From the NCBI GenBank assembly GCA_951406725.2, contig OX597818.1, positions 133,300,001-133,364,000 of the forward strand: a DNA stretch of 64,000 nucleotides, given 5' to 3'. Below the pieces are notes generated by a model. The model worked only from the letters and a program-made list of their open reading frames with translations, was not told the DNA's origin and searched no databases. This DNA comes from Octopus vulgaris (Eukaryota). The translations under genes and the position numbers were made by a program. Of the stretch, positions 63,901-64,000 are shown piece by piece; the first letter of the stretch is position 1; each line of letters opens with the position of its first letter.

Positions 63901-64000
63901 ATCCATGATCTGCTAACCTCTTAAATGGTTGTTTCTTACTTTATGGGTTTCATTATTTATACTCTCAAAGATGGAATGCTAACTTATAACTGCTAAGTTG

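Overview
AT-rich, repeat-saturated eukaryotic DNA, intronic or intergenic. The SINE repertoire (tRNA-head SINEs with (AAAAGAGT)n, RTE-like and (CAT)n tails) and the long (TA)n/(CA)n/(TAA)n microsatellites are most consistent with an octopod cephalopod such as Octopus; this is an inference from recognition, not a database result. I cannot identify any intact host protein-coding gene: the ORFs I could assign are microsatellite artefacts, SINE-internal ORFs or decayed transposon genes. Decayed mobile elements include a Tigger/pogo transposon, a hAT (Charlie/Buster-like) transposon with a perfect 8-bp TSD, RTE, R4/Dong and L1/Tx1 LINE remnants, a Penelope-like element (PLE), a Helitron, hAT, mariner and piggyBac MITEs, and about 50 SINE or LINE-tail copies. 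The main result is at least five sequence-unrelated hammerhead-ribozyme (HHR) folds. One sits in a 356-bp non-coding unit with terminal redundancy (retrozyme/pLTR-like, 30396-30815). Two families carry a compensatory U3-A8 core in place of the canonical C3-G8. Also noted: a twin-primed (5'-inverted) RTE insertion, a (TAA)n-associated LINE with a possible non-coding partner element, a dup-inv-dup template-switch scar and two weak minus-strand micro-exon candidates. All alignments and folds were done by eye.
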